Sequence record: MT446416.1
DNA length: 64,000 nucleotides
Source of the DNA: Escherichia virus TH47
Reading direction: 5' to 3' (one strand)
Under the pieces are notes generated by a model. That model made no database searches, was not told the origin of the DNA, and saw only the letters and a program-made list of their open reading frames with translations. Shown piece by piece: positions 29,501 through 38,780 of this stretch. The number at the start of each line of letters is the position of its first letter. The first letter of the stretch is position 1. The position numbers and the translations under genes are program-made.

Positions 29501-32500
29501 CACCATTGCATTCCAGAACTAAATCTTGTACTGATATTGCTCGTATTATTAAAGAACCAGCACAGCTTAACATTCCTTGGTTTGCACCAATCAATGAAAG
29601 CTCGTTCATTCTAAGTAATATGCAATTTGAAGTCAACGATGACACAAGTATTTTAACTGTTTCTTATTACATGGATAATACTGAAGTTATTAAACATGAC
29701 CAGTATCAATTATGTAAAGAAGGTGATAGCTATAACTTCAATCCATCAATCTGGACTTCTATGTGGAATTCTATGATTGGTCAAGAAACTACTGAATCAG
29801 GAACTGTTATTGATTTACTATATCCTTTAGTACCAAACGGTTTAGGTTCTAATAAGACTTGGTTCCAAGATGTAATTGAAGCTCGTAGAAACTTTGTAGA
29901 AAGTGCAAATAACTATTATCGCTCACAGAATATAACAACTAACACTGTTCTAATGGACGAAGTGTTTAATGTTAAAACTACTGAAGTTAACCCGAATGAA
30001 GTATCATATCGTGTACTAACTTACAATAGTGAATTAGTCATTGCACCTGAAAGTGACAAGTTCAAAGAAAACGACGCAGTACTAGTAAGTACTAGTGGTG
30101 TATTACCTAACCCACTATCAACTAGCTCTGTATATTTTGTGCATATTGATGCTAATGGTTATATTCATCTAATGAATAGCCCATCAAGTGCTGGTAGTGT
30201 GGTTACCATTACATTGGAAAACCGTGGTGAAGGTCAACAGAAAATGATTAAACAATCAGACTATGTTGAAGCACTAGGAACTTCATTGGACATGACCCAG
30301 TACTGGTCACTAGCAGATTGGTATGATATTGGCTACGATAAAAATACTGCATATACACAAGAATCCAGCCTAGAAGATGCAAACACTAAGAACTATCAAG
30401 TTGGTGACATTATCAGAATTACAGATGTTGATGGCATCTGGACATTGTACATTAAAGCACAATCACGTGATTCAGTTTACTGGAAAGCAATTGGTCGTGA
30501 AAATAGTACAGTTGAATTGAATGATATGTTATACGCTGACTATACAGTTCGTGATGCTAATGGTTCGTTGAGTAATCGTGAGATTAACGTTCGTAAAGCA
30601 CTAGCTTTATTGAAGAACTCATTCGATTTACATCAGAGTGAAATTGTGTTTGATATGGTTAAGTATGTTCACGTAGAACAAAGCGTTGTTGATTGGGTAT
30701 TCAAAACATCTTACATTTATATTGTAGGTTTAGAACAATCATTAGTACAGAACTATTCCAACGACAACTTGATTAATCAAATCGTTGAGTACTTTGAAGA
30801 AGTTAAACCATATAGAACTAAGATTCGTTCCCAGATTGAACAGAAAACTTCAGATGATGATTTAATTAAAGGTTTGTGTAATGATTTAGATCCTAATGGC
30901 TATATATTTGCAGATGGGACTTGGGTTAAAACGGAAAAAGACATTTGGGATTATGAATATGCTCAATTCAATGAGGTAACTCAACGTTGGGAGCAAGTTG
31001 GTGAATTGCCAAGTGATTTCGTAACACCTAATCGCCGTTTCCAAGAAATTGATGTTATCATGCACTACGACAACACTCAATGTAAACCAAATGATAATTT
31101 GGCAAGTGTTGATGTATTGGAAGAAGTGAATAAAAAATATCAATCTAATGCACAAGATGTTGTTAGTGATTTTGAATTACAACGTTACAAATATACATTC
31201 CCAGAATACAGTGATGAAGATTTCGACCTATTGGTTGCTTATCAGATGCAATTGTATTACCCAGAATTGAACGTAACTCTAGGGATTGCTTATGGTGTTA
31301 ACCAATGGTATGCAGAACATGCAGATGATTTGGTAGCAACCGCAGAATTCACAGAAACGTTGAATCGTGTATATAAAGAATCAACACAGAATGAAATGTT
31401 TAATGACGTAAATCATTATGTTCAGTATAACACACTCTCTAACCGTTTGAAATTGTACACAGGTGCAGATGATGAAGTAATTCATGATGAGGTTGGATGT
31501 GGATTTAGTGGGTTAACTTACGATGATAATCCAAGCACCAGACTACCGTTTGGTTACGCATCCAGTACTGATTATAACTTTGGTTACTTTGAAGTTAGTA
31601 GTGAGTTGTATAATAAGTATGTTTCTTTAATTAAAGAAAACAATACTACTGCAACTGATGATGAAGTTAGAATTATACTTGAAGTTGAATATGGTGTTTA
31701 TTCATATCGCCATGTAGATGAAGATGGAAATCAACGATTCTACAATGACGCAATTCATGTATTGTCCGGTATGCGTGGTTTGTATGACAAAGATGCTACC
31801 GACCATTATGAAAAGGCTGAAGAAATACTAAGTAGAATGCCTATTGATATTCATGCATTTACTATGATGCCACGAAAATATGTTTATGTTAATGTTAATG
31901 GTGTATACGAGAGTATCCCAGATGACCAAAGCATTGATGATTTCATGGAAGACAAATTCATAACTGACGGTCAACTAGTTCAATTGGCAGAAATAAATCT
32001 TGATGACTTACCTCTTGATAGAAATAACCCAATGTACAGTGATTATCAGCACATCCTAGATAGCATCACCAATGCTAAGTACTACGATGATATGAATGCA
32101 TTTGATAACCTAGCACTTGAATCACAAACTTCCGAGTTAAAATGGGAAGTTGAAGGTGACGAAGTAGATCCGTACATAATCGACATTTCTGATATTAACC
32201 CATCAGGAAGAAAGATTGGTCAGATTCGCTTCACAGTTGATGGTTATGGATTCAATAGTGTTTCACGAGTTCAATTGAGAGACAATAGTAGATATAAAAC
32301 TGAAGGTATGGTTATTATCAACCCTTATAAAACAACAGAAGCAATTGTTAGTATTCCTTCTTACGCTAAGATTGAAAATGATATTAGTAAATCATACAGT
32401 AAGTATGATGAAAAATACTTCTATAAAATTAAATCAATTGTTAGTGATACAGAAGCTGAAGTAATTGACAATACCCTATCTGATGGTGATAAGGTTATGA

Positions 32501-33501
32501 TATTCACAACTGATGGTGAAGATTATGTGAGATACCAAAACAATGCATGGGAAACCATCTTGAGTGTATCAAAAATCAAAACTGACACCACACCAACCTT
32601 GTACACAGTAAGAAACACTGCGAACGGAACTGTAGAACTACTAGATAGTACTGGAGTTGTACTTCGTTATGATAACATCACTAAACAACAGAATGAACCA
32701 GCAATACCTCTAGCATTGAACATCGTTCGTATTAGAACCTTTGCTGATCCAGAATTCTTGGTTGATGGTGTTAAGTTGTATGAAACAAATAGAAATTATG
32801 CTATCGACGCAATGAACTATGAAGTATTCTACGACACAACACTATACGGTGGTTCTTATAATGATGGAATTACACCAGATGACGTTGATGTTTGGGTAGT
32901 GTCTAACGAGATATTTGAAGTTGATGGTGTTACCATTGATAACGGATATAACTTACCAATTACTGGTGCAGGTGTTCTTAGTGAGTTAGTGAGAACAAAA
33001 ATGACTGATAGTGTGGAAATTAACGTGTTCGAGTATGATGTTGGTATTATTCAACCTGTACTGAATGCTGAAGGGGTATGGGAATATGCATATCCACTAG
33101 TTAGTGATACATATATTGGTGTAGTTGGTGGAACAGTAACTAACATTACTGCTATCAGTGAAGAAAATGCTACTTATGTTTCACAACCAGATTCAGTTAG
33201 TCCATATAGTGTTACTAATAATGTTCTATCTGGTGCTGGTGCAAGTATGAATGATATTATTTCTCTTGGTTTTGAAAAAGTTGAAGTACGATTTGCAAAT
33301 AACTTACTCCGTGGGGTAATGTATAGTGCAGAACACGACTTTAAAGAGAATGTGACATATTCATTTAATGGATTGAACTTAGGTAAAGTTAATTTACTAA
33401 AACGTTATAGTGTTAACAGTTATCCAATCGAACTATCGGTTTACTCCGATAGTTTGCAAATAAGTGGTAATGACATTAAAAATCTATTAGAAGTTAAATA
33501 A
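23533..33501 (+). CDS. Giant (3322-aa) virion structural protein in baseplate position (gp7-like position; function unknown)
   Basis: Uninterrupted ORF of about 10 kb; start placed at ATG 23533 (GGAG RBS) rather than 23503; follows gp6-like gene; typical phage structural-protein composition. Confidence 0.5.
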   Translation: MTNNFKFQPTQMAEAVQKKLFIKRLPEWMQGLEDIQKVSDDVIQQWFNPAENELVDGYIGDMGSPAAAGNIFLHESTVARQLYQLSTAYVSRNNDSSIRSIQFYDDLVGYMNHYGALTENESRLFNGKFYSWTPPINPNKMNNYSSYLWDSKNSYNITTPDYIVMERGAENGNTWSLQNFWYTLGETLEDGTILTEELMQDSRFVRARAPIIEYNKNIELMNYGTKFRGTVDLFSDIIKPEDIVQKDINSGIRIDGIIPQDGMRILFTSIGNNGENNRIYKVYVKRMQDGTRVYGLALDPDEESESRPSGEPQDGDVVLIIKGNEFGNSSMYWNGSHWIQAQSKTSVNVFPQFQLYDRNGVKLNNTTTYPSSTFTGSSLFGFKINYNYATDSVYGYNIELGDYNYYTYENFLQSTRYTYEHLGVEVEIDGLYYYNVIGEGNTMNLETDWVRSTEYSKQYVKQTPQVERTVMFRVFSTVYDMESFKDPVEGMYAYVIEVDRTYQYYKAERETYLDWHVIVGDGVQSVKYNHTFELAQKVLDNSDDIIELVVDGVEIKEYTKTVVNNQVQSITIDSSVDLDEDSVVQIRTYSSTITPNKELGAYEVPINLQNNPYNSNIEYINQGDYTQHFQDIIQKNITSGSADDFNNYEERLASGLVNNGVGTKIIQNEASMLPLMAHTANEDIDLFESIMFMQAEYFRFINKFNTQMLRLYEEDPSAFLGNSASNIVDAILTAINMGRDSTFPFYYDNVASTAGFIRAFVPPTPQFLGILQAYTPQKATFLTAGSKSSWYNISHTGIISKAYRVINGVDKMDDVVFELENRIFNSIDLTFKDIDYKPVLNSEDLFPTPYFTGTDYSAEEKKTLLLRGYINFTATNGISNSTHDYDANNWRTWNYTGSYYVVDGQRTEIPARGSWRAIYTDQYGTYRPATHPWEMMGFSQRPTWWNQEYEPTAVQVGEREGDVVYVYEALVMNESGDLVPSGLWDIDGTIGDSSTGTILSGERRGQYDKYKRFGVQPFKITKTGEKTSTGIDICEVEYIAPEVLGLVSGNLDHRAEPWAYGDMGDMEFTYMNTAMFAYDQMLLLYKAKPAQFANYYWDTRNDNLKPVYTDGSQFLYGETRKRLNFDSTTLVHGEKNTRTIGYQMFVSDYLMYQNKNITTKYGDVVRSSYVNVAHKIGGFTKADQLTFTAKSFGLISQENQTIGLVRSNNILDEQMSAVKITWNGSAYQIDGYDLVGAKFKYKIPVKNGRKVTLKLEDRTVVHYNEWKSEGTLEYGKIFNTYQEVYTFICGYGEYLKEHGWIFEDVNDSGAQQDWTTIAKDFVIWSQNSLSTGEFISCTPSAANAKFGADFGSVQSVTQNSGGVWSLLDDENQGIRQYEIETSRIGNVFTVRTTSESQKRMALIRLSLSSYEHAVVFDDKTIFGDFIYQPTYGAIQELIKMYGYITGSWTGRLQAPGFIILEAGTLPSFEKLVTDFDLYYNSETPVSDVQLQELSNHLIGYQTRDYLQRMISSDVSRVDFYKGFIHDKGTNQVMEKVLRVSKSYDTDEYKALQEWAFKIGTYGNINGKKNLQFKLINDQFKQQPQMVSFDVNATSNGTGNGIVYYGEQGVDPRWITRPNGKFSFPMRSGRSENIQLPDIGPVTLDEISYVTKDFSTAYNDRINYMNNSGEIPDSVWMFKDGNDLWNIFELVDTEVEMLSIVPIENTDVYAEQFCKVTLSDDIPLNDGDYYYFVDETNFMPDTLTIESQYYTAGNDPRVMVVPFDTSITIDFTDPDTRPRLYRYVSRFSTEEMRQEYIDRKYSFKAPQSTLFDRPTTYDERTNITALYLNVFDPINGVIPGAAMQNVTYTSPVDPAQYNSNGELIQAWGADKVGQVWWNTSTAFYLDYTRAIYDADGNVDVDATNEYKRYNWGRLLPHSTVDVLEWVCSPVEPYNWDKYCKDVANKNKNNTMYLPSGTALEDNYSTFLEYDSTTDTYVTKYYFWVRDTIYVPPLHSRTKSCTDIARIIKEPAQLNIPWFAPINESSFILSNMQFEVNDDTSILTVSYYMDNTEVIKHDQYQLCKEGDSYNFNPSIWTSMWNSMIGQETTESGTVIDLLYPLVPNGLGSNKTWFQDVIEARRNFVESANNYYRSQNITTNTVLMDEVFNVKTTEVNPNEVSYRVLTYNSELVIAPESDKFKENDAVLVSTSGVLPNPLSTSSVYFVHIDANGYIHLMNSPSSAGSVVTITLENRGEGQQKMIKQSDYVEALGTSLDMTQYWSLADWYDIGYDKNTAYTQESSLEDANTKNYQVGDIIRITDVDGIWTLYIKAQSRDSVYWKAIGRENSTVELNDMLYADYTVRDANGSLSNREINVRKALALLKNSFDLHQSEIVFDMVKYVHVEQSVVDWVFKTSYIYIVGLEQSLVQNYSNDNLINQIVEYFEEVKPYRTKIRSQIEQKTSDDDLIKGLCNDLDPNGYIFADGTWVKTEKDIWDYEYAQFNEVTQRWEQVGELPSDFVTPNRRFQEIDVIMHYDNTQCKPNDNLASVDVLEEVNKKYQSNAQDVVSDFELQRYKYTFPEYSDEDFDLLVAYQMQLYYPELNVTLGIAYGVNQWYAEHADDLVATAEFTETLNRVYKESTQNEMFNDVNHYVQYNTLSNRLKLYTGADDEVIHDEVGCGFSGLTYDDNPSTRLPFGYASSTDYNFGYFEVSSELYNKYVSLIKENNTTATDDEVRIILEVEYGVYSYRHVDEDGNQRFYNDAIHVLSGMRGLYDKDATDHYEKAEEILSRMPIDIHAFTMMPRKYVYVNVNGVYESIPDDQSIDDFMEDKFITDGQLVQLAEINLDDLPLDRNNPMYSDYQHILDSITNAKYYDDMNAFDNLALESQTSELKWEVEGDEVDPYIIDISDINPSGRKIGQIRFTVDGYGFNSVSRVQLRDNSRYKTEGMVIINPYKTTEAIVSIPSYAKIENDISKSYSKYDEKYFYKIKSIVSDTEAEVIDNTLSDGDKVMIFTTDGEDYVRYQNNAWETILSVSKIKTDTTPTLYTVRNTANGTVELLDSTGVVLRYDNITKQQNEPAIPLALNIVRIRTFADPEFLVDGVKLYETNRNYAIDAMNYEVFYDTTLYGGSYNDGITPDDVDVWVVSNEIFEVDGVTIDNGYNLPITGAGVLSELVRTKMTDSVEINVFEYDVGIIQPVLNAEGVWEYAYPLVSDTYIGVVGGTVTNITAISEENATYVSQPDSVSPYSVTNNVLSGAGASMNDIISLGFEKVEVRFANNLLRGVMYSAEHDFKENVTYSFNGLNLGKVNLLKRYSVNSYPIELSVYSDSLQISGNDIKNLLEVK

Positions 33502-33507
33502 CAAAAA

Positions 33508-33536
33508 GGAGAGCAAATGCTCTCCTTTTCTTTTTT
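33508..33536. terminator. Bidirectional rho-independent terminator between convergent genes
   Basis: GGAGAGC-aaat-GCTCTCC hairpin with A-run upstream and T-run downstream. Confidence 0.65.
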
Positions 33537-35823
33537 ACGCAATAACTTTTTCTACTGCTTTAGTTCGTTTAGGTTTGATTGCCAATTTACCATCAATCAC
33601 ATCAAACGTTACGTTACCACCATTAACCAGAGAACCACACAACATCTCTTTAGCTAGTGGGACACGGATGTTTTGCTCAATAGTGCGTTTCATTGGACGT
33701 GCACCCATTCCAACTTTAACACCATTTGTTGCCAACCACTCACGAGCCGCTTTGGTCAGTGAAACTTTAACTTTGCGGTCTTTGATTTGTTCATTCAAAC
33801 TTCCCATGAACTTATCAATGATGCTGTCAATCGCTTCGCTGCTTAGGTCTTTGAATGTCACAATACTATCGATACGGTTGATGAATTCAGGTGGCAAGAA
33901 TGCTTTAATCGCTTTATCTTGTGCTGTATCACTACCGCTCATCCCAATACTACGCTTGGTTGAATCTGCTGCACCAAGGTTAGTCGTCATAATAACAGTT
34001 ACGTTATTGAAGTAAACAGTTTTACCTTGTGAACCAGTCAAACGTCCTTCGTCCAGAACCTGTAGGAAGGTTAGTAGTACTTTACGATCAGCTTTTTCGA
34101 TTTCATCGAGCAACAGTACTGCATTCGGGAACTGCTCAATCTTGTCGAGTAGCAGACCGTTACCAGAATCGTGACCAACATAGCCTGGAGGTGAACCAAT
34201 CAGTTTAGCAACAGTATGTTCCTGTGAAAACTCGGACATATCGAAACGAATCAGTTCAGAACCAGTTGCATCAGCCAGTGCTTTGGTAATTTCAGTTTTA
34301 CCAGTACCAGATGGCCCAACAAACATGAATGCACCTTGAACACTTGATTTATCACGCAGACCAGCACGAGCTACCATCACGTTATCAACCAGTTTCTGTA
34401 CTGCTTCTTCTTGACCGTATACACGAGAACGGAGTGCATCTGGTAGATTACGCATACGTTCACTTTCAGTGCAAGCAACCACGTTAATATCTAGGTTTGC
34501 GATACCTGCAACAACTTCTTGAATCAGTGCAACAGTGATGATGTTATCATCAGTTTCACGAGAACGTACTTTCGCTGCCGCCGCATCCATTAGGTCGATT
34601 GCTTTGTCAGGGAAGTGTTTGTTCTTCAGGAACTTATCACTTAGTGTAATAACTGCATCCATTGCTTCAGTACTGAACTCTACGTTATGGAAAGTTTCAT
34701 AAGTAGATTTCAAACCATTCACAATCGCACGGGTTTCATCAATTGATGGCTCAACTACATCAATTTTCATGAAACGACGAGTTAGTGCACTATCTTTTTC
34801 GATGTTTTTACGATATTCATCGTAAGTTGTTGCACCGATTACACGAATCTCACCACGAGATAGTGCAGGTTTGAGCATGTTGCTCATATCCATAGAACCG
34901 TTGCTTGCTGAACCAGCACCAACCATAATATGGATTTCATCGATGAACACAATAGTGTTTTCACGTTTCTTCAGTTCTTTTAGTAGGTTATCGATACGTT
35001 CTTCGAACTCACCACGGTACTTAGTACCAGCAGTCAGTGCACCTACGTTCAGAGACAGAATTTCAACATCTTTAAGATGCTCTGGTACTTCACCATCAGC
35101 GATTGCCTGTGCTAGACCATCAATGATTTGAGTTTTACCAACACCAGCTTCACCAGTCAGGATGGCATTCTTCTTAGTCTTACGGGCCAGAGTTTCAATC
35201 AGTGCAGAAAGCTCTTTCTGGCGACCAATCATTGGGTCAAGTTTACCTTCTTTTGCAAGTGCTGTTAGGTTAGTGGTGTAATCTTCTAAACCTTTTTGTT
35301 TGGACGATGGTTGCTGTTGTGCCACTTTTTTCTCCCCAGTTGGCTCATCACTAATGCTTTGAAGGTTGATTCCGTTGTCGATTGCTTCTACGTGCTTCTG
35401 TAGAGTTCGTGCTGCTTCAGTACAAGTGATACCCTCTTCACGCAATGCTGCTTCTAGTGCAGTATTTGGGAAGGACAAACACTCAAACAGTACAAAATAA
35501 GCATCAATTGAGAAATCATCACGTTTAAGTTGCTCAATTACTGATTTCTTAGAAAGTTCCTGAACTACACGGTTCACGAGAAGTGATGTGCGGTTCGCTT
35601 CATCACCATCAGCACTTTTAGGTGCATGTGGGAATGTTGTATTCTTCAGATATGCAATCAAACGACCGTGTAGGTTGTCTGCATCGATGTTCATATCTTC
35701 AAATACTGCTTTGATGCTATCGATTGTCAGTACTGTAGCACTTAGATGGTCAATAGTCAAGAAGGTATGACCCAGAGAAGTTGCCAGTTCGTCGCTTTTT
35801 TTGAATAATTGGGTAAGATTCAT
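33535..35823 (-). CDS. ClpA-like double-AAA+ unfoldase (Clp ATPase family)
   Basis: 762 aa from ATG 35823 (AGGAGA RBS; ORF-track start is GTG); N-domain begins like ClpA; two Walker A motifs GEAGVGKT and GPSGTGKT, Walker B FIDEIH and LLDEIEKA, GARPMKR sensor; no long ClpB M-domain; KRSIGM at the position of the ClpA IGL ClpP-docking loop. Confidence 0.85.
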   Translation of the reverse strand: MNLTQLFKKSDELATSLGHTFLTIDHLSATVLTIDSIKAVFEDMNIDADNLHGRLIAYLKNTTFPHAPKSADGDEANRTSLLVNRVVQELSKKSVIEQLKRDDFSIDAYFVLFECLSFPNTALEAALREEGITCTEAARTLQKHVEAIDNGINLQSISDEPTGEKKVAQQQPSSKQKGLEDYTTNLTALAKEGKLDPMIGRQKELSALIETLARKTKKNAILTGEAGVGKTQIIDGLAQAIADGEVPEHLKDVEILSLNVGALTAGTKYRGEFEERIDNLLKELKKRENTIVFIDEIHIMVGAGSASNGSMDMSNMLKPALSRGEIRVIGATTYDEYRKNIEKDSALTRRFMKIDVVEPSIDETRAIVNGLKSTYETFHNVEFSTEAMDAVITLSDKFLKNKHFPDKAIDLMDAAAAKVRSRETDDNIITVALIQEVVAGIANLDINVVACTESERMRNLPDALRSRVYGQEEAVQKLVDNVMVARAGLRDKSSVQGAFMFVGPSGTGKTEITKALADATGSELIRFDMSEFSQEHTVAKLIGSPPGYVGHDSGNGLLLDKIEQFPNAVLLLDEIEKADRKVLLTFLQVLDEGRLTGSQGKTVYFNNVTVIMTTNLGAADSTKRSIGMSGSDTAQDKAIKAFLPPEFINRIDSIVTFKDLSSEAIDSIIDKFMGSLNEQIKDRKVKVSLTKAAREWLATNGVKVGMGARPMKRTIEQNIRVPLAKEMLCGSLVNGGNVTFDVIDGKLAIKPKRTKAVEKVIA

Positions 35824-35861
35824 GTATTCTCCTAAATGAGTAGTCACTCTAATTAATAAAC

Positions 35862-35889
35862 ATTATATCACATTCTTTGCGTTTGTCAA
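35862..35889 (-). promoter_or_regulatory. Near-consensus sigma70-type promoter (TTGACA-N16-TGaTATAAT) for ClpA-like gene
   Basis: Minus strand reads gTTGACAaacgcaaagaatgtgaTATAATg; about 30 nt upstream of ATG 35823; same motif recurs twice at 59336-59457. Confidence 0.5.
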
Positions 35890-35931
35890 CAAGGTAAATA
35901 AAGATATACCCGATTTATTTTGGAGACAAAC

Positions 35932-37428
35932 ATGACATACAGAATGTGGAAAAAAGGTAGAACCAATGATTACAAGTTCATTGACTCTGCCATAGCAGAA
36001 CAATACAACATCGGTGGTGTTGACATGTGGCTTTATGCCTATGTCGGACCAAAACAAGTCGCTGATAACACTGATTTATCATATGGCGGTGATTATTATG
36101 GTTCAGATAGTACCGTTGTGTCAAGCATTGGTGATTTAATTTTTGGTGACACTCCAAGTCGTAACTATAATCTCGAAGCTATCACCTTAAGTTGCGTCTA
36201 CCAAGTCCAAGAAGCAACTCCTGACTTGAAAATCCCAGGATTGTTCTTCAACTTTAACACTATGGACATCACAATTCATTATAACACAATGATTCAGCGT
36301 TTGGGAAGAAAAATTATGCCAGGTGACGTAATCGAACTCCCTAACTTACGTGATTTTGATGTACTTGGTAAAGATTCTGGTTTAAATCGCTTCTATGTAG
36401 TACAAGATGGGTTTAGAACATCAGAAGGTTACTCAGTTACATGGCAACATCACATTTACAAACTCCGTGTTAAACCTCTTACTGATTCACCAGAGTATTC
36501 AGACCTTCTAGGTAACAATAACTACCCTGATGACCCAGATGAACCAAACAACGGCAATGGTAATACTGATGATGGCTCTTCAGAGAACAGCAGCTATGGT
36601 AATGAAATGGACATTATGAACCGTATCATTATGCAAGCTGATGATGAAGTACCATACATTCATTTTACTAACGAACACTTGTTCGATGACAGACCAGATA
36701 CCGTTGATTTGTCTAAGTATATGCTAAATGGATACGAATTACCAGAGGAACCAGCAAATAAAATGTATTTCCTCAAGAAAACTTACCCAGTACTGAAAGA
36801 ACTATCTAATGATACATGGATTTCTGTAGAAGTCAAGCGTGGAACAATCTTTCCTCGCAAACCGATGGATGGTGACTTCTTCTTTAAAGAAAACGAGGCT
36901 GATGTCACTGGCTTCTCATTGTATCAATACGATAAATCTGCCAAAAAGTGGCTAAATTGTGATGTTGAGTATACTACAGAAAGCACACCACCACAAGGGG
37001 TTGATGATTTTTATATTGAATACAAAGAACCACACATTTATCAGTACTTAAATGGTAAATGGGGAGAACCAGAAGTAACTTACGTTAATGACCCATTCAC
37101 TTCTAATAGTGTTTATGGAAATATCGATTCACAACAAGATTATCGTCCTAAGATTCCTCCAGCACGAGGTACAGTTCCTGAAGGTAATATGTTCCCAAGT
37201 GATGCAGTTGATGGTGATTACTACTATCGTACCGATTATACACCAGTAACCCTATGGGAATACAGTGCATCCAAGAATTCTTGGGTGATTTTCGATTACG
37301 GTGGTAGAAAACCGTGGGAAGGTGCAGATCTTGCTCTAACAGAATTTGTTAATAGCCCGAACCGTGTACCATTACATGATGCAGTTAAACCTAATACAGC
37401 GTATCGTATACATAAGGATTCAGAATGA
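35932..37428 (+). CDS. Putative neck/virion protein (gp13/gp14-like position)
   Basis: ORF-track start 35920 is TTG; ATG 35932 with GGAGA RBS; directly upstream of and overlapping gp15-like gene. Confidence 0.35.
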   Translation: MTYRMWKKGRTNDYKFIDSAIAEQYNIGGVDMWLYAYVGPKQVADNTDLSYGGDYYGSDSTVVSSIGDLIFGDTPSRNYNLEAITLSCVYQVQEATPDLKIPGLFFNFNTMDITIHYNTMIQRLGRKIMPGDVIELPNLRDFDVLGKDSGLNRFYVVQDGFRTSEGYSVTWQHHIYKLRVKPLTDSPEYSDLLGNNNYPDDPDEPNNGNGNTDDGSSENSSYGNEMDIMNRIIMQADDEVPYIHFTNEHLFDDRPDTVDLSKYMLNGYELPEEPANKMYFLKKTYPVLKELSNDTWISVEVKRGTIFPRKPMDGDFFFKENEADVTGFSLYQYDKSAKKWLNCDVEYTTESTPPQGVDDFYIEYKEPHIYQYLNGKWGEPEVTYVNDPFTSNSVYGNIDSQQDYRPKIPPARGTVPEGNMFPSDAVDGDYYYRTDYTPVTLWEYSASKNSWVIFDYGGRKPWEGADLALTEFVNSPNRVPLHDAVKPNTAYRIHKDSE

Positions 37429-38768
37429 AAATAGATTATTATTATGATGGTCAATTTCGTCGAGTACTGAAACATCTTATCAGAGTGTTTGGTGAATTTC
37501 AAGTACAAAATGGTGTTGATGCTGACGGAAAACCAAAATATAAGAAAGTTCCTTGCCGCTATGCAGATATTTCACGTATGGCAGCAGCAATTATTAATGG
37601 TAACAGTGAGAACGTGCTTCCAACAGCACCAATCATGACCATTAGTGTAAACCAACTTAAACTAGATCGCAAGTCAGTTCGTTCAAACGCAAATGAAACA
37701 TTAGTTATGGGGACTAACAAGTCCCCTGGAATTAACGAATATACTAAAGACTTAGATAAACAGTATAAAGTAACTCGTCATAACCCAGTACCTTGGACAT
37801 TTACGTTTGATGTTAATATTTGGGTTACACAAACACAAACTAAAATGGAACTATTTGAGCAAATTTCAACATTGTTTGCTCCTAGTATTCAATTACAACT
37901 CTCCGAGAACCCACTGGATTGGACATCATTGAGTGATGTGGAGTTGATTGACTGTCAATTTACTACTCGTGGTTTCCCACAAGGAACCGATAGTGATTTG
38001 GATATAATGGTATTGACATTTGAAACCACAATTTGGTTCTCTTTGCCAGCTATTGTTGAGAAACCAAAACTTATCCAACAAATCACCACCAATATTAAAG
38101 GTGCTCGTGATGAACTTGATTTTGAAATTGGTAATTACTCGGATATCATTACTGATGTATTCACACCAAAGAACTTATGTATTAAAGTTGATGAAATAAC
38201 AAACTCTGAACTTAATATCCCAGATACTTACCAACTCACTCTTGTTAGTCAATCACTATCAGAAACATCACCAAATGGTGGGATTTATTCATGGGAAAAA
38301 TACCTTAAGTACTTGGACCCAGAATATGAAGACAAGACTGTAGGTATTAAATTCCAACAAGCTATAGAAGAGGATAACCCACTAAAAGGACATATCTCTT
38401 CATTTGGGGAAGGGGCTGATTCTAACAAGATTGTAGTTCAGCTTGATAATAGTAATTATACTGTTGATTATACAATACATGGATTCATTAGTAAAGACTC
38501 TTTGTTATATAACGCACTACCTGAACAATATTATGTAAATAATAGCATACATAACATCATTTACAAAGAGACTGAAATCCCAGCGAACTATTTGTTTAAA
38601 ATTACCAATGATGGAGCAGAACTTATTGAGCCATCGCGAGTACACCACTATGTTTATAATATGGAAGATAGTGGATATTATAGATATAATGACAAATTCA
38701 AATGGCATAAGAGTATTATGTCAGTATATCGTCAGGGATATTGGAAAATAACTTTCACTGACAAATAA
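37425..38768 (+). CDS. Tail sheath stabiliser/tail terminator, gp15-like, with long C-terminal extension
   Basis: N-terminus MKIDYYYDGQFRRVLKHL resembles T4 gp15 MFGYFYNSSFRRYATLMG; PWTFTFDVNIWV resembles gp15 EWSLTFEVNGWM; 447 aa versus about 270 in T4. Confidence 0.65.
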   Translation: MKIDYYYDGQFRRVLKHLIRVFGEFQVQNGVDADGKPKYKKVPCRYADISRMAAAIINGNSENVLPTAPIMTISVNQLKLDRKSVRSNANETLVMGTNKSPGINEYTKDLDKQYKVTRHNPVPWTFTFDVNIWVTQTQTKMELFEQISTLFAPSIQLQLSENPLDWTSLSDVELIDCQFTTRGFPQGTDSDLDIMVLTFETTIWFSLPAIVEKPKLIQQITTNIKGARDELDFEIGNYSDIITDVFTPKNLCIKVDEITNSELNIPDTYQLTLVSQSLSETSPNGGIYSWEKYLKYLDPEYEDKTVGIKFQQAIEEDNPLKGHISSFGEGADSNKIVVQLDNSNYTVDYTIHGFISKDSLLYNALPEQYYVNNSIHNIIYKETEIPANYLFKITNDGAELIEPSRVHHYVYNMEDSGYYRYNDKFKWHKSIMSVYRQGYWKITFTDK

Positions 38769-38780
38769 GGAGGTGTTGTT

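Noticed and set aside
33535-35847. ORF-track N-terminal extensions (GTG/TTG starts) for ClpA-like gene and for ORFs at 4656, 11340, 12190, 12250, 35920, 41581, 62816, 4777
   Set aside because: In each case an in-frame ATG with a canonical Shine-Dalgarno sequence lies downstream and the extension would overlap a divergent neighbour or promoter; the shorter ATG-initiated models were adopted (10278 kept as GTG because it has the only good RBS).
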